Source: an uncultured bacterium
GTDB lineage: Bacteria > Actinomycetota > Acidimicrobiia > Spongiisociales > UBA5794
Direction of reading: 5' to 3'
DNA length: 64,000 bases
Assembly: GCA_963801165.1 (NCBI GenBank)
Contig: CAWDDT010000005.1
Coordinates: forward strand, 1 to 64,000
Shown here in pieces: positions 56,059 to 64,000 of the stretch. The position numbers and the translations under genes were made by a program. Within the stretch, counting starts at the first letter, position 1, and every line of letters begins with the position of its first letter. The notes under the pieces were generated by a model that saw only the letters and a list, made by a program, of their open reading frames with translations, was not told the DNA's origin and searched no databases.

Positions 56059-56553
56059 ATGAATTCGGCCAGTGCAGGTTTGCTCGTTCTCCGTCTTGCG
56101 CTCGGGTCGGTGTTTCTAGCGCATGGCGTCAAGCACTACCGGAACAAGAACGGGACCATGCGATGGATCGAGAGCATGGGCTTCTCGAACCCCACGCTTC
56201 AGTGGTTCTTCATGTCCTTTGCGGAAATCGGCGTCGGACTTTCGCTGATCTTCGGGCTGCTCACCTCGATCGGTGTCGCCGGCCTGGTCAGTCTCATGGT
56301 CGTCGCGTTCTGGACCGTTCACCGCCACGCCGGCTTCTGGGTGACCGCCCGCCCGGACGAGGGGTGGGAGTACGTGTTCGTGCTCAGCGCCGCAGCCGTC
56401 GCCCTGGCACTATTCGGCGCGGGCAGGTGGTCGCTCGATCACGCGCTCGGGATCGCCGAATCTCTCGATGCCTGGGTCGGGCTTGGTCTCGCCGCCGCCG
56501 GTGTTGTCGCCGCCGCGGGGCAGCTTGCGATCTTCTACCGGCGCGCCGAATAG
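56059..56553 (+). CDS. DoxX family membrane protein
   Basis: LLVLRLALG.VFLAHG..H, AE, GLLT, GWEY and GAGRWSLD motifs. Confidence 0.9.
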   Translation: MNSASAGLLVLRLALGSVFLAHGVKHYRNKNGTMRWIESMGFSNPTLQWFFMSFAEIGVGLSLIFGLLTSIGVAGLVSLMVVAFWTVHRHAGFWVTARPDEGWEYVFVLSAAAVALALFGAGRWSLDHALGIAESLDAWVGLGLAAAGVVAAAGQLAIFYRRAE

Positions 56554-56565
56554 CGGAGGCCTCCC

Positions 56566-57306
56566 TTACGAAGGGGGGTCGGCAACCGGCAACGTGCTAA
56601 CTGCCTGATAGAGCCCGGTTTGGCGCAGCCTGTCGACGTCGCCGAGGGCTCCCTCCAGCTCCGGGTCGTACGGGACCGCCCCCAGGTAGGTAACCCCGTA
56701 CCGGGTCGCCAGATCGGCGACGTTGTGGTCGGCACCCCGTTGCATATTCTCGAGCAGACCGATCATCGGCACCTTCAGCTCGGCAAAGAGCTGGAGCGCA
56801 CGACGCACGGACTCGATCACGACACGAGACCCATTGCCGACCAGGAGGAACTCGAGCCTGGGCAACAGCTGAATGACGTCGAGAGTCGTGTCGCTAAGCC
56901 CGGGAGGCATGTCGAGTACCAGGACATCGAGCTCGCCCCATCTGGTTATCGCCAGCAACTCGAGTAGGGCGCTGGTCGCCGCTTCGCCGCGTAGGGGCAC
57001 CGAGGCGTCTCCGGAGAAGAAGGCCACGGACATCATGTCGATGCCGTAAACCCGATGCGGGTCGATACCGAACTCCTCTTTGGGAAATCGGCGCTCGACA
57101 CCGAGAACCACATGATCGCTCGGCGAGGTGAAATCCAGGTCGAACAAGCCGACCCGGGACCCCGAATCGGCCAGCGCCAGGGCCAGCGTGGTAGCTACGA
57201 CGCTCTTGCCGATCCCGCCCTTGCTTCCCGTGACGCCAACGATTCGAGACACACCCGCCAACCGCTCGGCGACCACGACCGTGCGCGGGTCGAGGTCAAG
57301 ACCCAT
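56566..57306 (-). CDS. Mrp/MinD-family ATPase, probably an ATPase-type HypB (Thermococcales-like)
   Basis: KGGIGKS, DLDF, PLRG, TRWGELD, DMPPG and ENM; lacks the CxxC of ApbC/Nbp35; overlaps hypA. Confidence 0.82.
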   Translation of the reverse strand: MGLDLDPRTVVVAERLAGVSRIVGVTGSKGGIGKSVVATTLALALADSGSRVGLFDLDFTSPSDHVVLGVERRFPKEEFGIDPHRVYGIDMMSVAFFSGDASVPLRGEAATSALLELLAITRWGELDVLVLDMPPGLSDTTLDVIQLLPRLEFLLVGNGSRVVIESVRRALQLFAELKVPMIGLLENMQRGADHNVADLATRYGVTYLGAVPYDPELEGALGDVDRLRQTGLYQAVSTLPVADPPS

Positions 57307-57721
57307 CGTCTCCGCTTCCCTCGAGCCTTTGCAACGTGATCCCTCTGCCCTGCGTAATGTCGAAGTCGGGGCTGCCGCATTGGGGGCAGCGCGCAAACGC
57401 ATGCGACAGCTCCGGGATGAAATGGATCGCTTCACCCTCGTCACCTTCGCCATCTATCGCTACGTCGTCACGACCGTAGTCGTGCCCGCAGGAACGGCAG
57501 CGGAAGCGAACCCGCTCCTCGGTCACCACAAACTCTGCGTCGGTGAGCCGCGGGTCTTGCAGCGGCATCACGTTTGTCAGCGAGAACTCGAACAGCTCTC
57601 GTTCGATCTGTTGCAGCTCTCCGACCTTGACGATGATCCGGTCGATGTGGGTCATCCCGGCGTCGTCGGCGGCCTGCAGGGCGGCCTTCACCACCGAATC
57701 GGCAAGCGCTAGCTCGTGCAT
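57296..57721 (-). CDS. hypA: Hydrogenase nickel incorporation protein HypA (long, archaeal-like form)
   Basis: MHE N-terminus, VGELQ, CRSC and CPQC Zn motifs separated by a ~30-aa insert with HFIPE; RBS GGAGGA. Confidence 0.92.
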   Translation of the reverse strand: MHELALADSVVKAALQAADDAGMTHIDRIIVKVGELQQIERELFEFSLTNVMPLQDPRLTDAEFVVTEERVRFRCRSCGHDYGRDDVAIDGEGDEGEAIHFIPELSHAFARCPQCGSPDFDITQGRGITLQRLEGSGDDGS

Positions 57722-57855
57722 CTATCGTCCTCCGTGGGCCCGCATGCTAGAGCCAAGATCAGAGGCAATCGGAAGCGGGCGCCGCCGAGCTAGACCGTCC
57801 AGCCGTTCCAGCCACAACAGTTTCGGCGTAAGCTCCTAGCAGAGGGGGGCAACCG

Positions 57856-58707
57856 ATGGCCAAACCCGAGAAGACAGGCACGAGCACGACCACCCACGTC
57901 CGCGTTTCGGGCGTAGCCAGCCTCGCGGTCCACAGCCTTCTCACCGGGGCGGGAACCGAGGGGACTGTGGTACGCACCTCGGGGGAGGCGGTTTGGTTGC
58001 GCATTGGCGATCAGGTGCTGGTGGTTGCCATCGGCGACGAGGCGCGGCTGCCCAACGGGATCCATCTCCCGGGCAACACGGCACCCGACGTCTTGAGCCA
58101 GGCCACCGAAGACGCAACAGCGCTGATAGGTCGCGGGCGTCTCGTTATCAACGGGCTTTCGGTCACGGTCAACAGATGGTGGGATCCCCGTCCTGTCCTT
58201 CCCCGGTGCGACATGACCGATCTGGCGGCCAGGAGCGATGATCTGCCCTGGGAACTGCCCGACATCGACACGAGGAGACTCCGTGAGTCGCTGGCCCTCC
58301 GATCCGCCGGAGGCATCCTGCACACGTCGCGCACGCTACTCGGCAAGGGCCTGGGGGAAACTCCGGAAGGAGATGATCTCCTTATCGGCGCCATGGCATC
58401 CACACGACTCCTCGCCGAGGCAGCCGGCCAGGAACGCATTGTGGCGCTCGTTGCCGGCCTGTCCATGCCGTTGGTCAAGCTTGCTGAGGCGCGGACAAAC
58501 ATGTTGTCGACCGCGCTGATCCGGCTCGCTCTGCGCGGCCAGATCGCAGAACCCGCCGGCGACCTGATCCGTGCGTTGGCCGGAAAGGGCGACGTGGCCT
58601 CGAGTCATCTACACCTGATCAGACTCGGGCGAACCTCGGGACCGGCACTGGCGGCTGGCGTCGTGCTCGGCGCTCAGGCGCTTGTCACCCACGCACAGAA
58701 GCGCTGA
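57856..58707 (+). CDS. DUF2877 (YlbF-like) protein
   Basis: RLPNGI, LLGKGLGETPEGDD..IG, RTN.LS and GRTSG.ALA.G motifs. Confidence 0.8.
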   Translation: MAKPEKTGTSTTTHVRVSGVASLAVHSLLTGAGTEGTVVRTSGEAVWLRIGDQVLVVAIGDEARLPNGIHLPGNTAPDVLSQATEDATALIGRGRLVINGLSVTVNRWWDPRPVLPRCDMTDLAARSDDLPWELPDIDTRRLRESLALRSAGGILHTSRTLLGKGLGETPEGDDLLIGAMASTRLLAEAAGQERIVALVAGLSMPLVKLAEARTNMLSTALIRLALRGQIAEPAGDLIRALAGKGDVASSHLHLIRLGRTSGPALAAGVVLGAQALVTHAQKR

Positions 58708-58811
58708 CCGACCGGGCACATTTCCCGGAATTCGACAGGCTGCCGCCGCCCGACTGGGTCCCCTGGCCCAGCGAGTAACTTGGCCCCCTGCGAGCTCGAG
58801 AAGGCGGAAGC

Positions 58812-59555
58812 GTGAAGTTGAGATTGTCGATCGGCCTGGCACTCGTTGTGCTCGTCACCGCCTGCAGCTCGGGAACGACCGTGAACCCTGAGGAGCCCGC
58901 GACCATCGGCGATCTCGATGCCGCTGTGCAGACAGCGTCTCGAGCACTTCTCGCCAGGGATGCGATACCGATAGTCGCGGCCTATTTCGGCGTCGACGAC
59001 ACCGAGAAGATCATCAGATACGACTGGGTCGACTACCGCACGGCCGGCGATGTTCTCGCCGTCTTCAACTTCCTCGATCGCAGCCATATCGAAGGTATTT
59101 CCCACTCCGGCGGCCGCTGGATGACCGCGCTCATCTCCGCCGAAGAAACCCACCCGTGGCAAGCCGATTCGCTTGGCACACCGGCGGAGGCGATCCCGGC
59201 GATCAGCCGGCTCGAAGCGATGACGACACAGCAGACGGCCGATCAATCGGGGGCGGTCGCAACCAGACAGACCGCGTCCGATGGAAGCACCCGATGGGCG
59301 TTAACCACACCCCGGGACGATGGGACGGGCTCGCTCACACAAGAATGGATCGTCAATCCGAACGGGCTCGTGCAGTTCTACCGGGTCTCCAGCGACGCCG
59401 GCCTCGGCGACGGGGCGGGAGCGATCGTCTTCGAGTATGGGGTCGCCGACGCCGAGCCAGATCCCATAATCGTGCCGGTGGAAGGTACCCCGCTCGTTCT
59501 CGACGAGCTGGGCATCCCCCAGGCGCTGCGGGATGTCGAAACTCTCGAGGAATGA
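58812..59555 (+). CDS. Hypothetical lipoprotein
   Basis: Lipobox VTAC; beta-rich body. Confidence 0.7.
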   Translation: MKLRLSIGLALVVLVTACSSGTTVNPEEPATIGDLDAAVQTASRALLARDAIPIVAAYFGVDDTEKIIRYDWVDYRTAGDVLAVFNFLDRSHIEGISHSGGRWMTALISAEETHPWQADSLGTPAEAIPAISRLEAMTTQQTADQSGAVATRQTASDGSTRWALTTPRDDGTGSLTQEWIVNPNGLVQFYRVSSDAGLGDGAGAIVFEYGVADAEPDPIIVPVEGTPLVLDELGIPQALRDVETLEE

Positions 59556-60415
59556 GAGTTCCCGACAGTATCGCCGGTCTTCGCAACACCGCTTCGGGAC
59601 GAGATTGGCTGGATCGGCTGCCCGCCGTCCTGGCCGCGTGCCGGGAACGGTGGCGGCTCACCCTCGAGGGCCCCTACCCCGACTCGCATGTCGCCCTGGT
59701 CGTTCCGGCGACTACGGACCGAGGAGACCGGGTCGTCCTGAAACTCCAGTTCCCCCACCGCGAAAGCGAAACCGAAGCAGCCGCGCTCCGGGCCTGGGCA
59801 GGCGAAGGAGCCATCCGGCTCGTCGACCACGATTCCGCCGGCAGAGCCCTTCTGTTGGAGCGCTGCGAGCCGGGCGACCACCTGGCGACGGAGGACGCGG
59901 CGACGGCGCTCGGGGTGATAGTCGGGCTTCTCCCCCGGTTGTGGGTCTCCGCCGGAGCAGGTTTTGGCTCGCTGGCCGACGAGGCGGCTCGCTGGTGCCA
60001 CAACCTCCCTGAAGAGTGGGAGACGGCGGGAAGGCCTTTCGAACGACGCCTGCTGGACGCGGCCATCGAGACACTCACCGAGCTGGCGGCATCGCAGGGA
60101 GAGCAGGTCCTCCTCCACCAGGACCTCCACGGCGACAACATCCTGGCGGCACAAAGGGAACCATGGCTGGTCATCGACCCCAAGCCGCTGGTCGGCGAGC
60201 GCGAGTTCGGGTTGAGCCCGGTTATCCGCTCCTACGAGTTCGGCCACAGCCGTGACCAGGTCATTTGCCGACTCGATCGACTGACCGATGAGCTGGGTCT
60301 AGATAGGGAGCGCAGCCGTCTCTGGGCCTTCGGCCACGCCATCGCCTGGGGCTTCGAGAACGGCACAGTCCTGCCCCGCCACATCGAGACCGCCCGCTGG
60401 CTCCTGGCGGCGTGA
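59552..60415 (+). CDS. Aminoglycoside phosphotransferase family, APH(6)/StrB-like kinase
   Basis: WLDRLP, VLK, EAAALRAW.G.GAIRL, LLLER, LHQDLHGDNIL and IDPKPLVGE; ATGA overlap. Confidence 0.88.
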   Translation: MRVPDSIAGLRNTASGRDWLDRLPAVLAACRERWRLTLEGPYPDSHVALVVPATTDRGDRVVLKLQFPHRESETEAAALRAWAGEGAIRLVDHDSAGRALLLERCEPGDHLATEDAATALGVIVGLLPRLWVSAGAGFGSLADEAARWCHNLPEEWETAGRPFERRLLDAAIETLTELAASQGEQVLLHQDLHGDNILAAQREPWLVIDPKPLVGEREFGLSPVIRSYEFGHSRDQVICRLDRLTDELGLDRERSRLWAFGHAIAWGFENGTVLPRHIETARWLLAA

Positions 60416-60423
60416 GCCGACTG

Positions 60424-61392
60424 TCAGCGACTCGGAGTTGGCAGACCCTCGACGTCGAATGTGACATCGACCGGCAACGTCCCGATGAGCGTCACCGTCG
60501 CGTTGATCGACATCGTGTCTGCCGCTGCGCCGCCGATCTCCTGGCGGGTCAGACTAGCGACGCCCTGGGTGGCGATATCACCAATACCCGACCCAAAGTC
60601 AAATGTGGAGCCGTTCTCGAAGTAAAGGGCCGAGGCGTTCTGCTGATCGCCTATGGCGACGAAGAGCTGCACGCTACCGCCACGATCGCCGGCCCCGTCC
60701 AGGGTCCAGGTAGCCTCGCCGTCCGACTCCCCCAGCGATAGATCCACGGCCAGAGACACACCACCGCCGAGATCGATCTCGATATCGCTCAGCTCCGCGG
60801 GAACACCGGTGAAGGGCGCTTCGACTGTGCCGTCACGTCCGTCCATCGCCCACGTGTCGACGAGCCGGAGTTGGCGTTGCGTGACGTCACCCTCCTTGTC
60901 GAACTGCACGGAGAAGCCGCCGCCAACGGCCGTGTTGTACACGATGCCGCTCGAAGTCAGCTCGTCCCCACCGGCGGTCGTGAGCACCCAATCGCCACCG
61001 TCGAAGCCACCGGAACTCGTGAGACCACGACGGGTAGCGGTCGTGAAGGCAATGATCAGCTGGTCTCCCGTGTCAACCATGTATTCCGGCTTGATGGCGG
61101 TCATGTCGTCGACCTGCACGAAGCCCTCGGGGAAGTCAACGGGCACCTCGGAAACCGGGAGGCCCGTGGATGGGGTCGACGTCAGAACCACTTCTGTCGT
61201 TGTCGTCGTCGCTGCACTCGTCGCGTCACCACCTGAGGCGACGGCATAGCCGCCGATGACCGCCAGCGCTCCAATGGCAATGCCCGCAACGAGTGACCAT
61301 GGAGCCCGCCGACCTTTGCCACCCGGCTCGCCGGGTGTGGGCGCCCACGGCGATCGCAGGAGTTCGTCGAACGGGGACTGCTCGTCACTCAT
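60424..61392 (-). CDS. Hypothetical single-pass membrane protein with a beta-rich external domain
   Basis: One TM, Thr linker; ATG 61392 overlaps the upstream stop (ATGA). Confidence 0.7.
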   Translation of the reverse strand: MSDEQSPFDELLRSPWAPTPGEPGGKGRRAPWSLVAGIAIGALAVIGGYAVASGGDATSAATTTTTEVVLTSTPSTGLPVSEVPVDFPEGFVQVDDMTAIKPEYMVDTGDQLIIAFTTATRRGLTSSGGFDGGDWVLTTAGGDELTSSGIVYNTAVGGGFSVQFDKEGDVTQRQLRLVDTWAMDGRDGTVEAPFTGVPAELSDIEIDLGGGVSLAVDLSLGESDGEATWTLDGAGDRGGSVQLFVAIGDQQNASALYFENGSTFDFGSGIGDIATQGVASLTRQEIGGAAADTMSINATVTLIGTLPVDVTFDVEGLPTPSR

Positions 61393-62276
61393 GTCTCGCT
61401 CCACACCGTAACCGTCCCGTCGAGCGGCTCCCAGGACACCAACCGCGCCAGCACCCGGACGGTCTCAGGGGCAGTCGGCTCGCTCCACATGAGCTGGAAA
61501 CCGGTGGCGCCACCGGTCAAGCCGAGGCCTCCGATGGTCGACGCCGCGCTCTGCCACCCGGGACCGTCGCCGACGAACTGGGTGCTGGGCCCGAAGCCCT
61601 GGTCGAGCGCCACCCGCCAGGGATCGAAGGAACGATCGAGTTCGAAGCCGATGATCGCCCCGTTGCGTTGTTCGAGGATGGCGTTGATCTTCATGACCGT
61701 CCCGTCGTACAGCTGCGCCGAAGCGCCGTCGACGCCGGGCAGCTCGACCACAACCTCACCGGGTACGGCGACACGCCATGCCGTGACTTTGACCGAAGCC
61801 ACCGCATCCAGGTCGGTTTCGCCCTCGAATCGGATCGAATCGGCTACGCCCTCCTGGGGCTCCTGAGTGGGGACCTGGCTCGGACGCGGCGGACCAGAGG
61901 TGGCGTCGACAATCGTCCCGGACGTGGTGACCAGCTCCCATGTCTCGGGTAGGACCGGAGGGAGCTGGGAACCTCCGAAAGAGAAGCCTTGCGAACTACC
62001 GAGGGCGACGAGCCGGTAGTCGAGGACCGCGGTACTCCCGTCCACGTCGAACCCGTCGACGATGACAACCGTCGACTCGAAGCGAACGCCACCCTCGGCG
62101 GTCCACGCCGGTTCGGCGACGCTCGGCGTGGCCCGGGCAGCGGTGGTGGTTGTGATTGTGGCCGGTTGGTCCGCCCCAGGTTGCGCCGGACTGCCGTGTG
62201 CTCCCAACCAGAGACCGGCTGCGGCCAGCACTAGGCCGATGAGGGCGCCTCGCAAGATCCCGGTGCCGGTCTTCAT
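61389..62276 (-). CDS. Hypothetical exported/membrane-anchored beta-rich protein
   Basis: N-terminal hydrophobic helix, Thr linker; TAGACT 7 nt before ATG. Confidence 0.7.
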   Translation of the reverse strand: MKTGTGILRGALIGLVLAAAGLWLGAHGSPAQPGADQPATITTTTAARATPSVAEPAWTAEGGVRFESTVVIVDGFDVDGSTAVLDYRLVALGSSQGFSFGGSQLPPVLPETWELVTTSGTIVDATSGPPRPSQVPTQEPQEGVADSIRFEGETDLDAVASVKVTAWRVAVPGEVVVELPGVDGASAQLYDGTVMKINAILEQRNGAIIGFELDRSFDPWRVALDQGFGPSTQFVGDGPGWQSAASTIGGLGLTGGATGFQLMWSEPTAPETVRVLARLVSWEPLDGTVTVWSET

Positions 62277-62358
62277 CGCGGGGAGTCTATATGTGTGTCG
62301 TGCCGACTCACGGCTCGCGGGTGTTTGCCCTCCCCTTAAGATCGTCCGAAGGTTTCCC

Positions 62359-62385
62359 TAAAGACTCGAGGCGTCGTGCCGATAG
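62359..62385 (+). promoter_or_regulatory. sigma28 (FliA/WhiG)-type promoter for the HD-GYP gene
   Basis: TAAA-N15-GCCGATAG, near-consensus. Confidence 0.7.
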
Positions 62386-62408
62386 GCAACCCGAAGGAGG
62401 GCAGATTC

Positions 62409-62984
62409 ATGGATCCTGAGTTGGCACGTCTCGCTCTACACCACGGCCCCGGGTTTGGTGACCACGGCTCCCGGGTGGCACAACTGGCGGTGGCGACCGC
62501 CGAATACCTCGGGCTCGAGCGGCACGAGATGAAGCGGCTCTGGTTCGGCTCGCTGATCCACGATCTCGGGAAGACCGATGTGGACCAGTCGATCCTGGCC
62601 AAGACAACGGCACTCACCGATGACGAGGCCGAGGAGATCAGACGCCATCCTCAGATTGGATACGACAGTCTCTCCGACCTGGTGCATCCCAGCATCGCCG
62701 AGGCGGTGCTGTGCCACCATGAGCGATGGGATGGCTCCGGCTACCCAACTGGAGTCAAGGGGCGGTCCATACCGCTGATGAGCCGGATCATCTTCGTCGT
62801 CGACGCCTACGACGTCATGACCACGGGTCGTGACTACCGGGCCCAGCTCGGGATCCGAGCCGCCGGCGACGAGCTACTCAAGTGGTCCGGGCGCCAGTTC
62901 GACCCGATGGTGGTTGACGCTTTCGCTTCTGTGAGCCGTCCTCAGCTAGCTCCGCGTTACGCCGAGAACGGTCACCATCACTAG
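62409..62984 (+). CDS. Stand-alone HD-GYP phosphodiesterase
   Basis: H..RVA, HDLGK, HP..G, HHERWDGSGYP, DAYD and QFDP; RBS AAGGAGG before ATG 62409. Confidence 0.92.
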   Translation: MDPELARLALHHGPGFGDHGSRVAQLAVATAEYLGLERHEMKRLWFGSLIHDLGKTDVDQSILAKTTALTDDEAEEIRRHPQIGYDSLSDLVHPSIAEAVLCHHERWDGSGYPTGVKGRSIPLMSRIIFVVDAYDVMTTGRDYRAQLGIRAAGDELLKWSGRQFDPMVVDAFASVSRPQLAPRYAENGHHH

Positions 62985-63757
62985 CACCCACTGCCTTCGC
63001 TGCGACTCACGATACGGCCCTTTTCCGGGCGGGTGAGCCGCTGCACCTCTTTGACCATGTCGGCCAACCGCTTGTGATGGGAACCCTTCCAGAAGATCCG
63101 CCCACAGCCGGTGCAACGGCGGAACGCGTCGTAGTGGCGTTTGGTGAGCGGCTCCAGAAGATGCTCGATCTCTGCTTTCGCCACCGGCTCGATCCGACCG
63201 TTGCACTCCATACAGCGGGCAAACGGATCCATCGACTCCCGAAGGTCGAAACGTCGCATGACCTCCACGATCTGGCCCGGCGGCCAAACGGCACGCACGA
63301 AGTAGCCATGGACCACAACGGAACGCTTGAGAAGGTCGCGATCCTTGGTGAGGAGAATCCGGTTCTCGCCAACAGAGATCTCTGCCAGATCGCCGTCGTC
63401 AAGAGCCCCATCGCTGACCGCGTCGAACCCGAGAAGACGGAGGTATTTGGCCAGCCGTCCGAGATTCACGTCGACGACGAAGCGGCCCACCGGTGTCTCA
63501 GAACGAAGCCCTCCTTCGATCTCGAGCGAGCGGAAGACCGGGTAGACGCTGACCCAGTCGCCGGGCTGGAGCTGATAACCGAAGTCGACAGGTTCGCCGG
63601 CCACAAGGATTAGATCCACTTCGGTATGAGGGACCCCACAAGCCTCGATGCGGTCCTTCACGCTCGGAGAATCGGCGACGGTAACGGTGGCAAGCCGCTG
63701 CCCCGAGGGCAGGAAGTCGGTGAGCTCTCCGAAGAATCGCAACGTGGCCTGGTACAT
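62981..63757 (-). CDS. Mut7-C ubiquitin-like + PIN-like RNase + Zn-ribbon protein
   Basis: SVKDRIEACGVPHTEV, DVNLGRLAKYLRLLGFD, LLTKDRDL, RCMECNG and CTGCGRIFWKGSH; start ATG 63757. Confidence 0.9.
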   Translation of the reverse strand: MYQATLRFFGELTDFLPSGQRLATVTVADSPSVKDRIEACGVPHTEVDLILVAGEPVDFGYQLQPGDWVSVYPVFRSLEIEGGLRSETPVGRFVVDVNLGRLAKYLRLLGFDAVSDGALDDGDLAEISVGENRILLTKDRDLLKRSVVVHGYFVRAVWPPGQIVEVMRRFDLRESMDPFARCMECNGRIEPVAKAEIEHLLEPLTKRHYDAFRRCTGCGRIFWKGSHHKRLADMVKEVQRLTRPEKGRIVSRSEGSGC

Positions 63758-63888
63758 GACAAGGCCATCATTGCCCAACTCGGCGGCGTTCGTGACGCGA
63801 GATAGCGAAAAATCCGTCGATATGCGGCGAACTGCACGAATATGGTGAAGGCCCATCCACCCTCGATGACACAGAAAGAGGAGCCCGC

Positions 63889-64000
63889 GTGGAAGTGATC
63901 TCGATCCGGACCACCAGTCTCGGCGACACGACATACGTCGCGACACGCGGCAAGAACGCGATCGTCGTCGATCCTCAACGCGACATCGGTCGGTTCCTCG
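63889..64000 (+). CDS. MBL-fold hydrolase, N-terminal fragment (persulfide dioxygenase/rhodanese-fusion type; runs off the right edge)
   Basis: Hand-translated from GTG 63889 (RBS AGAGGAG): MEVISIRTTSLGDTTYVATRGKNAIVVDPQRDIGRFL; DPQRD is typical of this subfamily. Confidence 0.7.
   Translation, partial: MEVISIRTTSLGDTTYVATRGKNAIVVDPQRDIGRFL

Noticed and set aside
56566-57306. Fe-S carrier ApbC/Mrp
   Set aside because: It lacks the CxxC after ENM and is coupled to a long-form hypA.
1-64000. Prophage, IS element, integron or defence island
   Set aside because: I found no integrase, transposase, phage structural gene or recognisable defence gene, and no clear compositional break.

Overview
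This is a gene-dense, high-GC chromosomal window, most likely from an actinobacterium. The ctaE-qcrCAB cluster, F420-dependent enzymes, many leaderless starts and Thr-rich lipoproteins suggest Acidimicrobiia, but the taxonomy is inferred. About 65 CDS are supported. They include cytochrome bc1-aa3 supercomplex genes, SatP, a two-component system, an OmpA/BON operon, a heme/B12-type ABC importer, fadIJ, large NAD-GDH, nfnAB, a stand-alone homocysteine methyltransferase, a DRG-like GTPase, typA, Pat, azlCD, hypA with a Mrp-type ATPase, HD-GYP and Mut7-C. I saw no rRNA, tRNA, CRISPR array or transposase. The top finding is missing from the ORF track: a probably leaderless 22-codon ORF with six consecutive Cys codons (39527-39595). 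It is followed by alternative pairings and an intrinsic terminator, which looks like a classical cysteine-sensing transcription attenuator. It sits in front of an unusual operon of a cysteine-synthase-family enzyme, TusA and DsrE2, a candidate protein-persulfide-fed route to cysteine. Other highlights are a Thermococcales-type HypA/ATPase-HypB pair, a two-component system flanked by two paralogous exported proteins sharing one upstream box, sigma28/WhiG-type promoters on orphan signalling genes, and several intergenic repeats. All family assignments come from motif recognition by eye; no database search was run.
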